This document shows positions 36,546 through 48,258 of a stretch of 64,000 nucleotides of DNA, piece after piece (the first letter of the stretch is position 1; the number at the start of each line of letters is the position of its first letter). Location: positions 1-64,000 of IMG/VR virus record IMGVR_UViG_3300019850_000208; one strand, 5' to 3'. The DNA is from a virus. A program made the position numbers and the translations under genes. The notes below the pieces were generated by a model, which saw only the letters and a list, made by a program, of their open reading frames with translations, was not told where the DNA came from and did no database searches.

Positions 36546-39500
36546 TTATGCAGAAGTTTTAACAAGTTCTACAATGACATCATCAGATGTGTCCAAATCT
36601 ACGGCAGAACTTCCTGTTCCATCAAACTCAATCCTTTTTTCAGTAGATACATAACCATAACTCCACTCAGTATCAAGTAATCTTAGGCCATTGAGATATA
36701 CGGCAACATATAGTTCAGATGTTCTAAGCTCAGTTGCTGTTTTGGAACTAGTTGGAAGCTGATTTGTTAATGAAGCATCCGTTAATGTAATATAATCACC
36801 CGAGGCTTCTGAAGCATCAGGAGTTTGTTCTTCGTATCCTATTTCAACCGCTGTCTGAAATGCTTCATTAATCGCGCCTATTATAGAAGTAGCTGTAAAT
36901 CCTGCAGTAAGTCCAGTTGTACCAGATTCAGAAATTGGAATTGCTGAGCTTAAGTATTGATCATCAAAAGTTATATCTCCACTTGAAGTGGTAAATGCAA
37001 TATCTCCTGCCGCATCTACATCAATACCACCTGAGGAGTTAATATCAATTGCATCAATACTAGATTGGCCACTTGCAAGTGTAAGTTTTCCTGCTGTGCC
37101 ACCTGCAGTTTGAATAGTTAAGTTACTATCACTTGTTTGCCATGTAGCGTCGCCGCCTATTGAATTAATGTTAACAGCGCCGTAGGGTGCCATATGGATA
37201 TAAGCTCCGCTATCTTCATCTATAGTTAAACCATTTGTAACATTCATGTCTATTGCATTACCGGAGCCGGAGACTTCAACCGATAGAATATCATTTCCAG
37301 CGGCATCTGCAAATGCATGTTGATAACCGGAAGTAATCTGCCACTCAACGGAGCCATTGTCCATTGTAACAATTCTATTGCCTGTTTCAGCATCATATAT
37401 TTCATCTAATGTTTCGGTGACGGCAGCCTGCCCATAAGCTTGATTTATAGCTCCTATAACTGATGTAGAAATTCCATCATCGAAGCTTGAATTTGACACG
37501 TCGCTAAACGCGATAGCAGATGTTCTACTATCATCAAATTTAAGTTCGCCCGAACCAGCTATTGTATCAGATTCTATGGTTTTTGTATTTGAATTTAAAT
37601 TATTAGCTTTATCGAATGAGCACTCTATTAAAGTTGTTGAGCCGCCATTAGAATTATCTAATGCGTAACTGCCGCTTGTGCTTAGTGATCTAAAACCTAT
37701 CAATGTGGTATTATCAGCGCCCGTGTCAATTTGCACGGCATTATCAGCCGAAGCGGTCGCATAACAACCATTAAGTGTTACTTGAGTTCCTGTAATTTTA
37801 TATGCATAGCCAGGATAGCTACCGCTTCTATTAACTGTACTCTCAGAACCACATCCATCAAGTGTTATGTTATTTGAGGTAACTATGTCATAGGAAATAC
37901 CACAAGCCTCAGATGCGCATCCGGATAAAGATGAATAAGTCATATTGGTTAGCGCAAAACCTGCTTGAGTGTTGGTGATACCATAACAATCTCTAAAGTT
38001 ACAAGAGGTGCCGCCCCAAACATTAAAACCATGACCTGCGCATTTCAAAGTTTTTACATTTATAAACGTGGATAAAATTGGTGTATTAATTGAAATACCG
38101 TCGCCAGCACACTCTTCAAGTAATATATTTTCCATATATATATGAGGAATGTTTGTGTTGCCAGCTCGTGTGAGGAAAATACCACCGCCACCCACCTGAC
38201 CTTGACCCGGACCTATAATTCTCAAATCAATGAACTTTATATTGCCTAGGTCTGTACCTTCAAAATGTCTATAAGTGGTGTTATCGCTTTTTATTCTGGT
38301 TGCTCTACCCTTAAATCCCTGAATTGTAATATTGCTGTAAAGTATAACAGCTGAACCGGCAGATGCTATTTCGGGTGTAAGATCAAAATTATCAACATCT
38401 ACATATAAAGTTCCACCACTATAATTACTATTTAGATAATCTAGTGCGCTCTGAAAAGTTGTAAATTGCGATAGAAAAGCCGTACCACTCATGTCCTTGA
38501 AAGCGGCTTCGCCTGTAACTGTAAGATTGCCTGTTACATCTACAGTATCGCCGGCACCGAGAGCTTTTATGCTTAGAATGTCTGAACCAAGAGAATCTGC
38601 AACATTGAATTCATAATTATCAGTCATCTGCCATTCAACGGAGCCATTGTCCATTGTAACAATTCTGTTGCCTGTTTCGGAATCATAGGCTTCATCTAAA
38701 GTGCTGGAAGCGGCGAGCACATCACTTTTAACTTCATTAAGCGCGGCTACAACAGAAGTGGCGGTAAATCCTGCAGTAAGTCCGGTTGTACCAGATTCAG
38801 AAATTGGAATTGCTGAACTTAGATATTGATCATCAAAGGTTACATCACCATTAGCGCTTGTTAAAGCAATATTATTATCTGCATCTATATCAACACCACC
38901 TGCGGCCGCGTTAATATCAACTGCATTGAGATTTGTGGCACCACCACTGATAGTAAGAATGCCAGGAGTACCACCACTTGTCTGAAATGTTGCTGGTTGA
39001 TCATCAGAGTTGATTTCAATAGCACCGCCGCTTGCTATATGAACATAGGCACCACTATCATCATCTAATGTGATACCATTACCAGCATCAATATCGATGC
39101 CACCACTGGTGGTTTCAATTCTAACAGCAGCCGCATTGGTTGAGTTACCGGCGACAAGTCTAACTGCGTTAGCTGTGTCGCCACCAATGTTACCAGACAT
39201 GTCGGCATAATCGCCTTGCATGCTCAATGAGGCTGAGCTAGCATTAATTGTCATAGATTGGCCAGAAGCTGAATAGAACTGGACAAGACCACTAGATTGA
39301 ATCCTTAGAAATGCTCCAGAATCATCATCTACCGTAAATCCATTTGTTGTATCAATATCGACAGATGCTGAATTTATGTCGAATAGATCGCCATTTGCCA
39401 CTATTTGATCACCTGCAACCAATGGTCTGATGCTGAATAAATCATTGCCGAGGGAATCTGCGAAATTGTGTTCATAGTTGTCTGTTATCTGCCATTCAAC

Positions 39501-42500
39501 GGAGCCTGTATCCATTGTAACAATTCTGTTGCCTGTTTCGGAATCATACGCACTATCTAAAGTTGTCGATGCTTCACTGGCTTTAAGTATGTCATATGTG
39601 CCTGTGAGATCCTGGAATCTCCACCGATCAGCGGACTCATCCCAGAATAGGGATACATTAGATTGAGAACCACGCTCAATTTCAATGCCTGAGTCTTCAG
39701 TAGGGGAACCACCTGTGTAATTGCTATTTAATACTATTAAGTTATCGGCGAGTTCTATAGTTTCTGTATTTACTATTGTTTGAGTTCCAGTAACTGTGAG
39801 GTCACCATCTATTAGGACTTGACCGGTTCCACTTGTATCTAATGTAATGTCATTATCTGATGCAGCTGTTAATGTTATACCGCCAGAACTAGATTGAACA
39901 ACAACTTCTTTGGCGACATCAATAGTTGCGCCACCTTGTTGAGCTCTGACCCAAATAGCATCATTGTTTGTGTTAGTTGTGTTATTTAGATATATTTGAC
40001 CCGATGTTGCAGAAATGGTTGCGGTACCAGAACCAGATGTTCCAAGAGTTAAAGCACTATTAGAAGCTGTGGTAAGACTTACTGCCCCAGTATTAGTTAT
40101 GGTGAAATTAGCACCGCTATTTTCATCAATTGTGATACCATTATTAGCATTGATATCTACTCGATCTGCATCTACTGTAAATATGCCGTATGTCGCCGCG
40201 GTCGCAAGTACTCTAACTCCACCAGAGGCAGATTGCAGCACTACAGAGTCAATTTGAGTGGCATTCGTGCTTTGTAGCCAAACTTTTTTAGTATCAGCTG
40301 TACTGGATAACTTGACACTGCCGCTAAAGCCCGTTATATCTATATTTTGGCCAATTCCACTTGTCATAGTAATATAGCCACTAGCATCAAAAAGCAACTT
40401 AGAACCACTATCATCATTAAATGTTATACCATCCGCGCTGTCTATATCGATACCACCAGTACTTGCTTCGATCTTGACCGCATCCGCAGCTGCCGATGTG
40501 GTATTTTTAATATAAGATCTGCCATTTACCGAAGAGATGGTTGCATCACCAGTGCCTTGAGTGGTCAACGTTACATTTTGATCTGTAGCACCCTGCAAAT
40601 CAATTTGGCCCGCTGCATTCATTGCCATAGATGCACCTGAATTCTCGGCAATATTAATACCAGAATCTACATCTATATCAATACCACCAGCCGTATCAAG
40701 TTTCCAGGAGTCGGTAGCTGTATTGCCAGTAAGTACGATGTCAACAGCATACGCATCCATATGGATTTCATCGCCAGTTACGAGAGCTTTAACCGAAAAG
40801 ACATCTGCTCCAAGTGAATCGGCTACATTAAATTCATAGTTATCAGTTAGTTGCCATTCGACTGAGCCACTGTCTACAGTGATTATTTTATTGCCTGTTT
40901 CACCATCATATGCTTCATCTAATGTTGAAGCAGCGCCGGCTGTCTTGAGCTCATTAATAGCACCAACAATAGAAGTAGAGGTAAAACCTAGAGCTAATCC
41001 AGTTGTACCAGATTCAGAAATTGGAATTGCTGAGCTCAAATATTGATCATCGAAAGTTATATCACCGTTAGCTGAAGTAATAGAAGTATCTGTATCAGAA
41101 TCTATATCAATACCACCACCTGTATTCGTGGCAGCTATAACAATAGCTGTTGCTGAGGTATTATTTGTGCTTAATTCGACTTTACCACCAGATACACTAA
41201 ATATTTTGGCGGTTCCAGTTGTGGTTTCAAGATTAACATTACCAGCGCCAGGAACCTGAACTTGAAAGTCTTGGCCAGAAGCAGGTTCAAAGAAGATTTT
41301 GCCAGATGTCTGTAGTTGAAAATTACCGCCGCTATTATCGTTTAATGTAAATCCAGCATCAACATCTAAGTCTATACCACCAAGAGTGTCTATTTTTACT
41401 GAGCTTGCGCTTAGATCATCAGTATAAAGATCGAAGATACCGACATCAATATCCATTGTATCATCAGCATTAACATCTATACCACCATTGACGGCATCTA
41501 ATAGTATAGCATCTGCATCAGGGCTTCTAGAATCAATATCAATATTGCCGCCAGCTGCAGTAGATAATCGCTGAATATCAACATTTAGCTGAGATTGCAG
41601 TAGTACATTAGAAGGTGAAACTGCATTGATGTTGCCACCAGAATGCATTTGGAAATATGAGCCGCTATCATCATCAATTCTGAAACCTGCGGTGGTGTTT
41701 ATATCAACTTCATTGTTAGAAACGTTGATATTAAGAACATCGACATTCATTTGGATTTCATCGCCGGAGGCCAGGGCCTTGACGCTTAATATATCATTGC
41801 CGAGGGAATCTGCAAAATTGTGTTCATAATTATCAGTCATCTGCCATTCAACGGAGCCATTGTCCATTGTGATTATCCTATTGCCTGTTTCGGAATCATA
41901 GGCTTCATCTAAAGTGCTGGAAGCGGCGAGTACATCGCTTTTAACTTCATTAAGCGCGGCTACAACAGAAGTGGCGGTAAATCCTAGAGCTAATCCAGTT
42001 GTACCAGATTCAGAAATTGGAATTGCTGAACTTAAATATTGATCATCAAAAGTGATATCTCCACCTGAAGTGGTGAATGCTATATTATTGGCCGCATCTA
42101 CATCAATTCCACCTGAGGAATTTATATCCATAGCATAATTGTCTGACGCAGCGGTTGCTCTTAATATTAGGTGACCTGGAGTTGTACCAGCTGTCTGAAT
42201 AGTTAGAGTGTTATTAGTAGAGCTTAAATCTATAGCACCTGTATTGCCTATATGTAGATAAGAACCACCATTTTCATCGAGTGTAATTCCTTGGCTAGCA
42301 TCAATATCGATACCACCAGTCGATGCATTTATTTTAATAGCATCCGTTGCAGTCGAATTATTGTTAATAATCCATACCCCACCATTGATAGCTTTAAGTT
42401 GAATTGTTCCGGAACCTGTTGATTCCAATGTGACTGTGTGGTCGTTTCCTCCAATTACCGCGACAGCGCCAGTGTTAGCGATAGCTATTTGTGCCCCACT

Positions 42501-45251
42501 ATCATCATTTACTGTGAATCCATTAGTGGTATCAATATCCACCGTACTGCCTGATGCCGATACTTCAACCGAGAGAATATCATTACCGACAGAATCAGCA
42601 AAAGCGTGTTGATAACCAGAAGTGATTTGCCATTCAACGGAGCCTGTATCCATTGTGATGATTCTATTGCCTGTTTCGGAATCATACGCACTATCTAAAG
42701 TTGTCGATGCTTCACTTGCTTTAAGTATGTCATATGTGCCTGTGAGGTCCTGGAATCTCCACCGATCAGTAGATTCATCCCAGAATAGGGATACATTAGA
42801 TTGAGAACCACGCTCAACTTCAATGCCCGAGTCTTCAGAAGGAGAACCGCCTGTGTAATTGCTGTTTAATACTATTATATTATCGGCAAGTTCTATAGTT
42901 TCTGTGTTTACTATTGTTTGAGTACCTGTTACTCTGAAGTCGCCATCTATTACAACTTCACCTGTGCCGCTGGTATCTAAGGTTATATCTTCGTCAGCCT
43001 GAGCGGTTAGAGTAATAGCACCTCCAGAACCAGCAGCCGTAATACCTATAGGACCGGCAGTTGTATCTATTCCAATGCCAGTAGTAGCATCAAGTTTTAT
43101 ACCGCCTTGTTGCGCATCAAGTGTTACTGCATTTGCAGTTGCATTACCTGTGCTTTGCAAATAAGCCGTACCGGTTGCAGATAATACCTTTACATTGCCA
43201 GTTCCCTGAGCAGAAAGTGTTACACTTTGATCTGTAGCACCTTGCAAATCCATCTGGCCTGATGTATTCATTGCTATAGATGCGCCAGAATTCTCAGCGA
43301 TATTTATGCCCGCATCTACATCTATATCAACACCGCCAAGTGTATCAATCTTAAATGAACTTGCACCTGTGTCTTGTGGCGAAAATGTAACAGTTCCACC
43401 CTGCACATTGAAATCATATGAATTACTATAATCTATATCAATACCGCCATTAACTGCGTTTAATCGTATGGCGTCTGATGCTGCAAGATCTGCTTGTATT
43501 ATAACATCATTATTTGAGTCTAGAAGAATTGTACTTGTTCCGAGAGTTTGTACATGGAAATCTTGGTTAGAGGTTGGCTCAAAGAAAATCGTTCCAGAAG
43601 ATTGCATCTGAAAACTGGCACCGGAATCATCATCTAAAGTGAAGCCACCATCAGTATCTATATCAATACCACCAAGGGTGTCTAACTTGAAAGAATCAGC
43701 TGCAACATTGCTAATTGTCCAAGTTGATTTATCGGCAACCACATTTACTTCATCGCCCGTTGCGACTGCTTTTACTTCCAGTATTGGGTTACCTGTTCCA
43801 GGTCCTGACACCATCCAGGTTCTGTTATCGCTTAAATCCCAATCAACATCCGTAGTATCAACTGTAATGGTTGAACCATTATTATATGCGGCATCTAATG
43901 AGCCACTGCCTAATGAACCGTTAATTGTATCAATGTCGCCCTGCAGTTCTTCAAAAGCCGCCTGGACATCAGTAGAAGATAAATTGCCGATTGCCTCAAC
44001 ACCGATTAGAGTAGCACCACTGCTACTGGTTGTGGTATCACTCAAATCGCTGACCATGCCCTCTACGGCACTTTGGACTGTGTTGCTCGTATTCCAGCCG
44101 GATGTGGCTAATGGTGTAAATCCTATTAAATCAGCACCAGAACTGGAGTCTGTAACTGAGCCAATTTGTGTTTTTGTATAGTATCTATCATCATGATTAT
44201 GAGTACCGGTTACACCAACAACATCAGTGAAACCATAACCTGTTGCGCTTGCTAGTAGTGGTTTAGAATATTCATTGAATACCTCTATAAATAAGAAGTC
44301 TATTGCTGTTGCTTGTGTAAAAGTATATGCATCACCGTCTTGTTGATGATAGTAAAGTTTATATTCTCTCTTCTGCGCGTTAACACCATTAAGAGCTTCA
44401 GTTGCTGCCGATGTGAGTTCCATAGATGTGTCTGTTCGACCAGTTGTATCAGCAATATAACCAACAGTATTTCCTGTTGCAGGATTAACAAGAGCATCGC
44501 CAGCTTCGAAATCAGTGTTTAAAATTGTGCCGGTACTGGATACGCTCGTACCACCCTGCGATACCGTTACAGTGCCTTTTGTCTTTGTTCTTGCAAAGTT
44601 TTTATCTGTTCCGCTATATGCTGCATTAGCGGTTAAAGTCAGGGAAGTATCATTAGTAATTGTTTGGACAGTACCTATAACTTCTTCAGTATCAACCCTA
44701 ACCAAAACACTGCCAGCCTCCAGTTGGGTTGTAAATAGAGTTCCACCGGTTCCCGATGAGCCGGTTACTGTCGCGCTTCCGGTATTAAACGTTATTGTGC
44801 CAGTAAGAGAAAAGAAATTTTCATGAGAGAAGTAAGCTGTTACTTGGCCATTCTCACCATCATCTATTGGGTCATATGATGAATGCAATCTCATAAGACA
44901 GGTGTAATTTTGGCTTCCAAGGCCCCATTCAGCACTACTGTCGCCACTTGTCAATATACCTTCAGATGAACCATCTCTCGTATGAGCTAATGTTGTAGCA
45001 GCAGATTCAACCTCGGTAGTGACATTATCGCTATTAACGCCGCTAGTAGTCGTGAAATTTTCTATTTTGTCGAAATAGCCATCGAGTTTTGATTCTAAAA
45101 CAGTTTGTTTCGCACCACTGGTCAAGTCGCCGCCTATGAGAGAATTAGTAAGGGCTAACTTGGAGTATGTTATACCAGCAGATGGCGACACCTTTGAGTT
45201 ATTAACTAAGCCATCGCGGACCTGCTCACGCTTTACTTGTGTTGCTGCCAT
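36546..45251 (-). CDS. Giant 2901-aa repeat-rich virion fibre with internal beta-helix domain
   Basis: GGIDID repeats, six TLDxxYD..TGN.I.T.D.GSVEWQ units, four DDQYLSSAIPISESGTTGL units, HNHDDRYY, pectin-lyase-like region; GGAGG RBS. Confidence 0.85.
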   Translation of the reverse strand: MAATQVKREQVRDGLVNNSKVSPSAGITYSKLALTNSLIGGDLTSGAKQTVLESKLDGYFDKIENFTTTSGVNSDNVTTEVESAATTLAHTRDGSSEGILTSGDSSAEWGLGSQNYTCLMRLHSSYDPIDDGENGQVTAYFSHENFFSLTGTITFNTGSATVTGSSGTGGTLFTTQLEAGSVLVRVDTEEVIGTVQTITNDTSLTLTANAAYSGTDKNFARTKTKGTVTVSQGGTSVSSTGTILNTDFEAGDALVNPATGNTVGYIADTTGRTDTSMELTSAATEALNGVNAQKREYKLYYHQQDGDAYTFTQATAIDFLFIEVFNEYSKPLLASATGYGFTDVVGVTGTHNHDDRYYTKTQIGSVTDSSSGADLIGFTPLATSGWNTSNTVQSAVEGMVSDLSDTTTSSSGATLIGVEAIGNLSSTDVQAAFEELQGDIDTINGSLGSGSLDAAYNNGSTITVDTTDVDWDLSDNRTWMVSGPGTGNPILEVKAVATGDEVNVVADKSTWTISNVAADSFKLDTLGGIDIDTDGGFTLDDDSGASFQMQSSGTIFFEPTSNQDFHVQTLGTSTILLDSNNDVIIQADLAASDAIRLNAVNGGIDIDYSNSYDFNVQGGTVTFSPQDTGASSFKIDTLGGVDIDVDAGINIAENSGASIAMNTSGQMDLQGATDQSVTLSAQGTGNVKVLSATGTAYLQSTGNATANAVTLDAQQGGIKLDATTGIGIDTTAGPIGITAAGSGGAITLTAQADEDITLDTSGTGEVVIDGDFRVTGTQTIVNTETIELADNIIVLNSNYTGGSPSEDSGIEVERGSQSNVSLFWDESTDRWRFQDLTGTYDILKASEASTTLDSAYDSETGNRIITMDTGSVEWQITSGYQHAFADSVGNDILSVEVSASGSTVDIDTTNGFTVNDDSGAQIAIANTGAVAVIGGNDHTVTLESTGSGTIQLKAINGGVWIINNNSTATDAIKINASTGGIDIDASQGITLDENGGSYLHIGNTGAIDLSSTNNTLTIQTAGTTPGHLILRATAASDNYAMDINSSGGIDVDAANNIAFTTSGGDITFDDQYLSSAIPISESGTTGLALGFTATSVVAALNEVKSDVLAASSTLDEAYDSETGNRIITMDNGSVEWQMTDNYEHNFADSLGNDILSVKALASGDEIQMNVDVLNINVSNNEVDINTTAGFRIDDDSGSYFQMHSGGNINAVSPSNVLLQSQLNVDIQRLSTAAGGNIDIDSRSPDADAILLDAVNGGIDVNADDTMDIDVGIFDLYTDDLSASSVKIDTLGGIDLDVDAGFTLNDNSGGNFQLQTSGKIFFEPASGQDFQVQVPGAGNVNLETTTGTAKIFSVSGGKVELSTNNTSATAIVIAATNTGGGIDIDSDTDTSITSANGDITFDDQYLSSAIPISESGTTGLALGFTSTSIVGAINELKTAGAASTLDEAYDGETGNKIITVDSGSVEWQLTDNYEFNVADSLGADVFSVKALVTGDEIHMDAYAVDIVLTGNTATDSWKLDTAGGIDIDVDSGINIAENSGASMAMNAAGQIDLQGATDQNVTLTTQGTGDATISSVNGRSYIKNTTSAAADAVKIEASTGGIDIDSADGITFNDDSGSKLLFDASGYITMTSGIGQNIDITGFSGSVKLSSTADTKKVWLQSTNATQIDSVVLQSASGGVRVLATAATYGIFTVDADRVDINANNGITIDENSGANFTITNTGAVSLTTASNSALTLGTSGSGTATISATSGQIYLNNTTNTNNDAIWVRAQQGGATIDVAKEVVVQSSSGGITLTAASDNDITLDTSGTGQVLIDGDLTVTGTQTIVNTETIELADNLIVLNSNYTGGSPTEDSGIEIERGSQSNVSLFWDESADRWRFQDLTGTYDILKASEASTTLDSAYDSETGNRIVTMDTGSVEWQITDNYEHNFADSLGNDLFSIRPLVAGDQIVANGDLFDINSASVDIDTTNGFTVDDDSGAFLRIQSSGLVQFYSASGQSMTINASSASLSMQGDYADMSGNIGGDTANAVRLVAGNSTNAAAVRIETTSGGIDIDAGNGITLDDDSGAYVHIASGGAIEINSDDQPATFQTSGGTPGILTISGGATNLNAVDINAAAGGVDIDADNNIALTSANGDVTFDDQYLSSAIPISESGTTGLTAGFTATSVVAALNEVKSDVLAASSTLDEAYDSETGNRIVTMDNGSVEWQMTDNYEFNVADSLGSDILSIKALGAGDTVDVTGNLTVTGEAAFKDMSGTAFLSQFTTFQSALDYLNSNYSGGTLYVDVDNFDLTPEIASAGSAVILYSNITIQGFKGRATRIKSDNTTYRHFEGTDLGNIKFIDLRIIGPGQGQVGGGGIFLTRAGNTNIPHIYMENILLEECAGDGISINTPILSTFINVKTLKCAGHGFNVWGGTSCNFRDCYGITNTQAGFALTNMTYSSLSGCASEACGISYDIVTSNNITLDGCGSESTVNRSGSYPGYAYKITGTQVTLNGCYATASADNAVQIDTGADNTTLIGFRSLSTSGSYALDNSNGGSTTLIECSFDKANNLNSNTKTIESDTIAGSGELKFDDSRTSAIAFSDVSNSSFDDGISTSVIGAINQAYGQAAVTETLDEIYDAETGNRIVTMDNGSVEWQITSGYQHAFADAAGNDILSVEVSGSGNAIDMNVTNGLTIDEDSGAYIHMAPYGAVNINSIGGDATWQTSDSNLTIQTAGGTAGKLTLASGQSSIDAIDINSSGGIDVDAAGDIAFTTSSGDITFDDQYLSSAIPISESGTTGLTAGFTATSIIGAINEAFQTAVEIGYEEQTPDASEASGDYITLTDASLTNQLPTSSKTATELRTSELYVAVYLNGLRLLDTEWSYGYVSTEKRIEFDGTGSSAVDLDTSDDVIVELVKTSA

Positions 45252-45333
45252 TGTTTTTCCTCCATGTCATTAAGAAAAAAAGTGGGATTAAATACTTTTA
45301 CATTATCTTTGCTTTCTTGATGTGTTAAGTTAC

Positions 45334-47208
45334 TTACAACTTAATTATTTTTATTTTTATTTTTTCATTTTCCTGCAAATCGTATCCCCCGAATCCTGTA
45401 CCGGAGAATTTTATTAACTTTTTTGTATTACCGGAATCATAAAAATAGCGCCATTCATCATCATATTTTTCAACGCCATCTATTACTATATCAACCAATA
45501 TATTGCTGCCTCGCAAAGTTGCCGGACTTATTAAAGTGTCAGCCTGTTCGGTCGGTAATATACTAGAATTGCTTTCTATTTCGTCATTTGTAGCCTCCGT
45601 GATATCTACTACATTTTCTTCATAAGAATGTTCTGGTTGATAGCTTCCAGTAGTAGGGTTGCCTATTACTGTGATATAATCGCCCAATTCACCAGCTTGG
45701 ACAAGAGTAATGGAAGTTGAAGAGGTTTCAGCATAATCTTCGGTTACTCTTTGCAGAAGACCATTATAGAACACCAATATTTCATCATTTCCAACTTCAT
45801 ATGAATTAGTTAGATTAATAACTGTTTGGCCATTTGTTAAATTAAAATTTTCCTGCCATTTAACATCTGTTACTGGCTGCCACTCGCTTACGCTTTCTTT
45901 CCATCTATAAAGAACATTTTCGCTTAACACCAATCTAATGTCGCCATTAGTATTAGATGATAATGGTAAATCTATGAAGTTGGGAACTGGTAATTCCCAT
46001 CTTTCAACACCGGCAGAAATTAGTAACCAAACAGATCCGGTTGATTTCCATCTAAATACGTCGCTGGTATTTAATACCAGCCTGACATCGCCATCGGAAT
46101 TGCCGGATGCAGGTAATGCGCTTTCGGTGGCAACTGGTGCTTTCCAATAAGCTTCTGTTAAATCCGGCAAGTCAGTGAGGTTATTATAACTAATTTTTGG
46201 GCCCTGACCATTTGTACCATCGTGAATATGCCCTAAATCTTTATCAAAGAAGACATTCACTTCTGCGCTTGTGTAATAGCGAACATCTAAAGTACCATTT
46301 AGTAATTCCGATTCGGTATAGTATCTATCATCGAGAACATTATTACCAACACTGGCAGATGGATCAAGTTGCGTCTTTGTATAATATCTATCATCATGAA
46401 AGTGTGTGCCAGGAGATACCATCACCCAGCTAGATGTCGAAGAATTCCATCTGTAAATTCTATTACCATATGTAGTATCGGCAATGTTCTTTACATATCT
46501 AACATCACCATCAAGATTTCCGCTGGCCGGCAAGTCCCCATATGTCGGAACAGGAGAGTGCCAGTATCCTATTCCGCCTCCCCCACCAGAAATAGCTTCC
46601 CACTGAGATAAACCAGAATTCCACCTATAAAGTGTATTATTATCTAATACTAGTCTGATATCGCCATTATTATTGCCGGTAGATGGCAGATCACCTATGG
46701 AATTAACTGGATCAAGCCAATTACTTGAATTCACCTCTGATAATTTGGAGCCAATATATTTATATCCAGTTACTTTAAATGGGATTGTGTATGAGTGTGA
46801 ATTCTGAATGAAAAGATAGCCTGGATTGTATTGCCAGAACCAATCCATAGAATCTGAACTGGAAATTTCTACATCATTATTATCATACAGCCTAACGGTA
46901 TATCCCTGTCCAAACTTTGGGGGGACCCATCCAGTTAGATTATCCGAGCTATAATAAGCATACCAGCCCTTGTGATTTGAAACTGCGAAATCTTCTGTTA
47001 ATGTTAGTAGGGTGTATTTTTGAACTATGCCATTAGTTTCGGCCACGCTTGGATTAGAATTAATTTCATCAACCCAAACATCATTGGCATAAACAGTGAA
47101 AGCTGATGAGCGTATTTCTTCGTATACTTGTTTTGAAATAGATGTCAATGTTTTATCATTCAAAAATTTGAATGAAAAATCTATTTTTGTATTATCAGAT
47201 AAAGCCAA
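45334..47208 (-). CDS. Virion structural protein with four WxxPV..DLP..GN..GD.R modules
   Basis: TTG start after GAGG; HFHDDRYY; VFYNGLLQ..DY domain; C-terminus homologous to that of the giant fibre. Confidence 0.8.
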   Translation of the reverse strand: MALSDNTKIDFSFKFLNDKTLTSISKQVYEEIRSSAFTVYANDVWVDEINSNPSVAETNGIVQKYTLLTLTEDFAVSNHKGWYAYYSSDNLTGWVPPKFGQGYTVRLYDNNDVEISSSDSMDWFWQYNPGYLFIQNSHSYTIPFKVTGYKYIGSKLSEVNSSNWLDPVNSIGDLPSTGNNNGDIRLVLDNNTLYRWNSGLSQWEAISGGGGGIGYWHSPVPTYGDLPASGNLDGDVRYVKNIADTTYGNRIYRWNSSTSSWVMVSPGTHFHDDRYYTKTQLDPSASVGNNVLDDRYYTESELLNGTLDVRYYTSAEVNVFFDKDLGHIHDGTNGQGPKISYNNLTDLPDLTEAYWKAPVATESALPASGNSDGDVRLVLNTSDVFRWKSTGSVWLLISAGVERWELPVPNFIDLPLSSNTNGDIRLVLSENVLYRWKESVSEWQPVTDVKWQENFNLTNGQTVINLTNSYEVGNDEILVFYNGLLQRVTEDYAETSSTSITLVQAGELGDYITVIGNPTTGSYQPEHSYEENVVDITEATNDEIESNSSILPTEQADTLISPATLRGSNILVDIVIDGVEKYDDEWRYFYDSGNTKKLIKFSGTGFGGYDLQENEKIKIKIIKL

Positions 47209-47226
47209 GTATAACGCCTCACTATT

Positions 47227-48258
47227 TTACCAATTAGCTACCGATAACGAGTTTAATTCACTCAGAGTAATATTGTTGGTATATGTTATTTTCATTATTA
47301 TCATATATCCAGAATTATTAGTTGAAAATCCACCGAATGTAAAATAAAAATCATTCCCAGAACTTTGCGATGCTACATGACATCCATCGCCATCCGAACC
47401 AGTAAAAGTGGCAGAGTTGTATGCCAAATCCCCTCTTAGCCATCCTGTTTGTGTTGGAAGTTTAAACTCAACTTTAATATTTGAATATGGCCAGGATGAA
47501 ACGTTCCACGGATCAAATGTAATTATTATATTTGTATGCGGGTTGCCTGCATCTCGTAAAGCTCTTAGATAATATTGTTCTCCGGTAAATCCACTTGAAT
47601 AGTCCGCAGATTGGGCCGGATTATAGCCACTTGTATAATTTGTATCAGGATAGATTAAAACATTTGGCCACACCTGCAATTTCCCATTTGTTAATGTGCT
47701 GTTCGAATTCCATTGACCTGTAATAGCTCCCGGAACACTGTCATAACTTGCGCTTGGCAGCCTATAATATTCATCTCTAAAATATTCATTAGTGTCATCC
47801 GCCTCATTGCCATAGGTGAGAACCATATTATTATCAGAAGAACTATAGGACGTTGTGCCGCTTCCAATAGGATCAGTTCCATATGCACTTAATCTCGCAT
47901 TAGGAGACCATACACCGCTGGTAACCACTGTAATAGTATCTGAATAAGAAAAAGGATCGGTCTGATCTGGAGGAGTTGGTACACCAGAAGCTTCATTATC
48001 GGAATGACTTAATGTTTTATTGACGGCTGCAAATTGACTTGCATTTATATGAATTAAATTGTTTATAAAAGTATTTCTGTATACATTATTTGCGGCAAGA
48101 CTTATGTTAAATACATCATTAATAGAATAGAATCTTATGCCACTTAAATATTTTGAGCTATTAAGCATATTTTCGGAAATAGCTAAGCCAGTGACACCAG
48201 GCCGAGTAGGACTATCATCATAGAATATGTCTAGTTTATTGGTGCTTGACGTAGCCAA
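47227..48258 (-). CDS. Putative virion structural protein
   Basis: S/T/N/Y-rich beta protein; YLSGIRFY, EYFRDEYYRL; structural gene context. Confidence 0.7.
   Translation of the reverse strand: MATSSTNKLDIFYDDSPTRPGVTGLAISENMLNSSKYLSGIRFYSINDVFNISLAANNVYRNTFINNLIHINASQFAAVNKTLSHSDNEASGVPTPPDQTDPFSYSDTITVVTSGVWSPNARLSAYGTDPIGSGTTSYSSSDNNMVLTYGNEADDTNEYFRDEYYRLPSASYDSVPGAITGQWNSNSTLTNGKLQVWPNVLIYPDTNYTSGYNPAQSADYSSGFTGEQYYLRALRDAGNPHTNIIITFDPWNVSSWPYSNIKVEFKLPTQTGWLRGDLAYNSATFTGSDGDGCHVASQSSGNDFYFTFGGFSTNNSGYMIIMKITYTNNITLSELNSLSVANW

Noticed and set aside
39478-44826. Plus-strand ORFs inside the giant fibre, and similar antisense ORFs elsewhere (e.g. 7104, 12106, 57538)
   Set aside because: Antisense shadows of real genes; they mirror the sense repeats and lack RBSs
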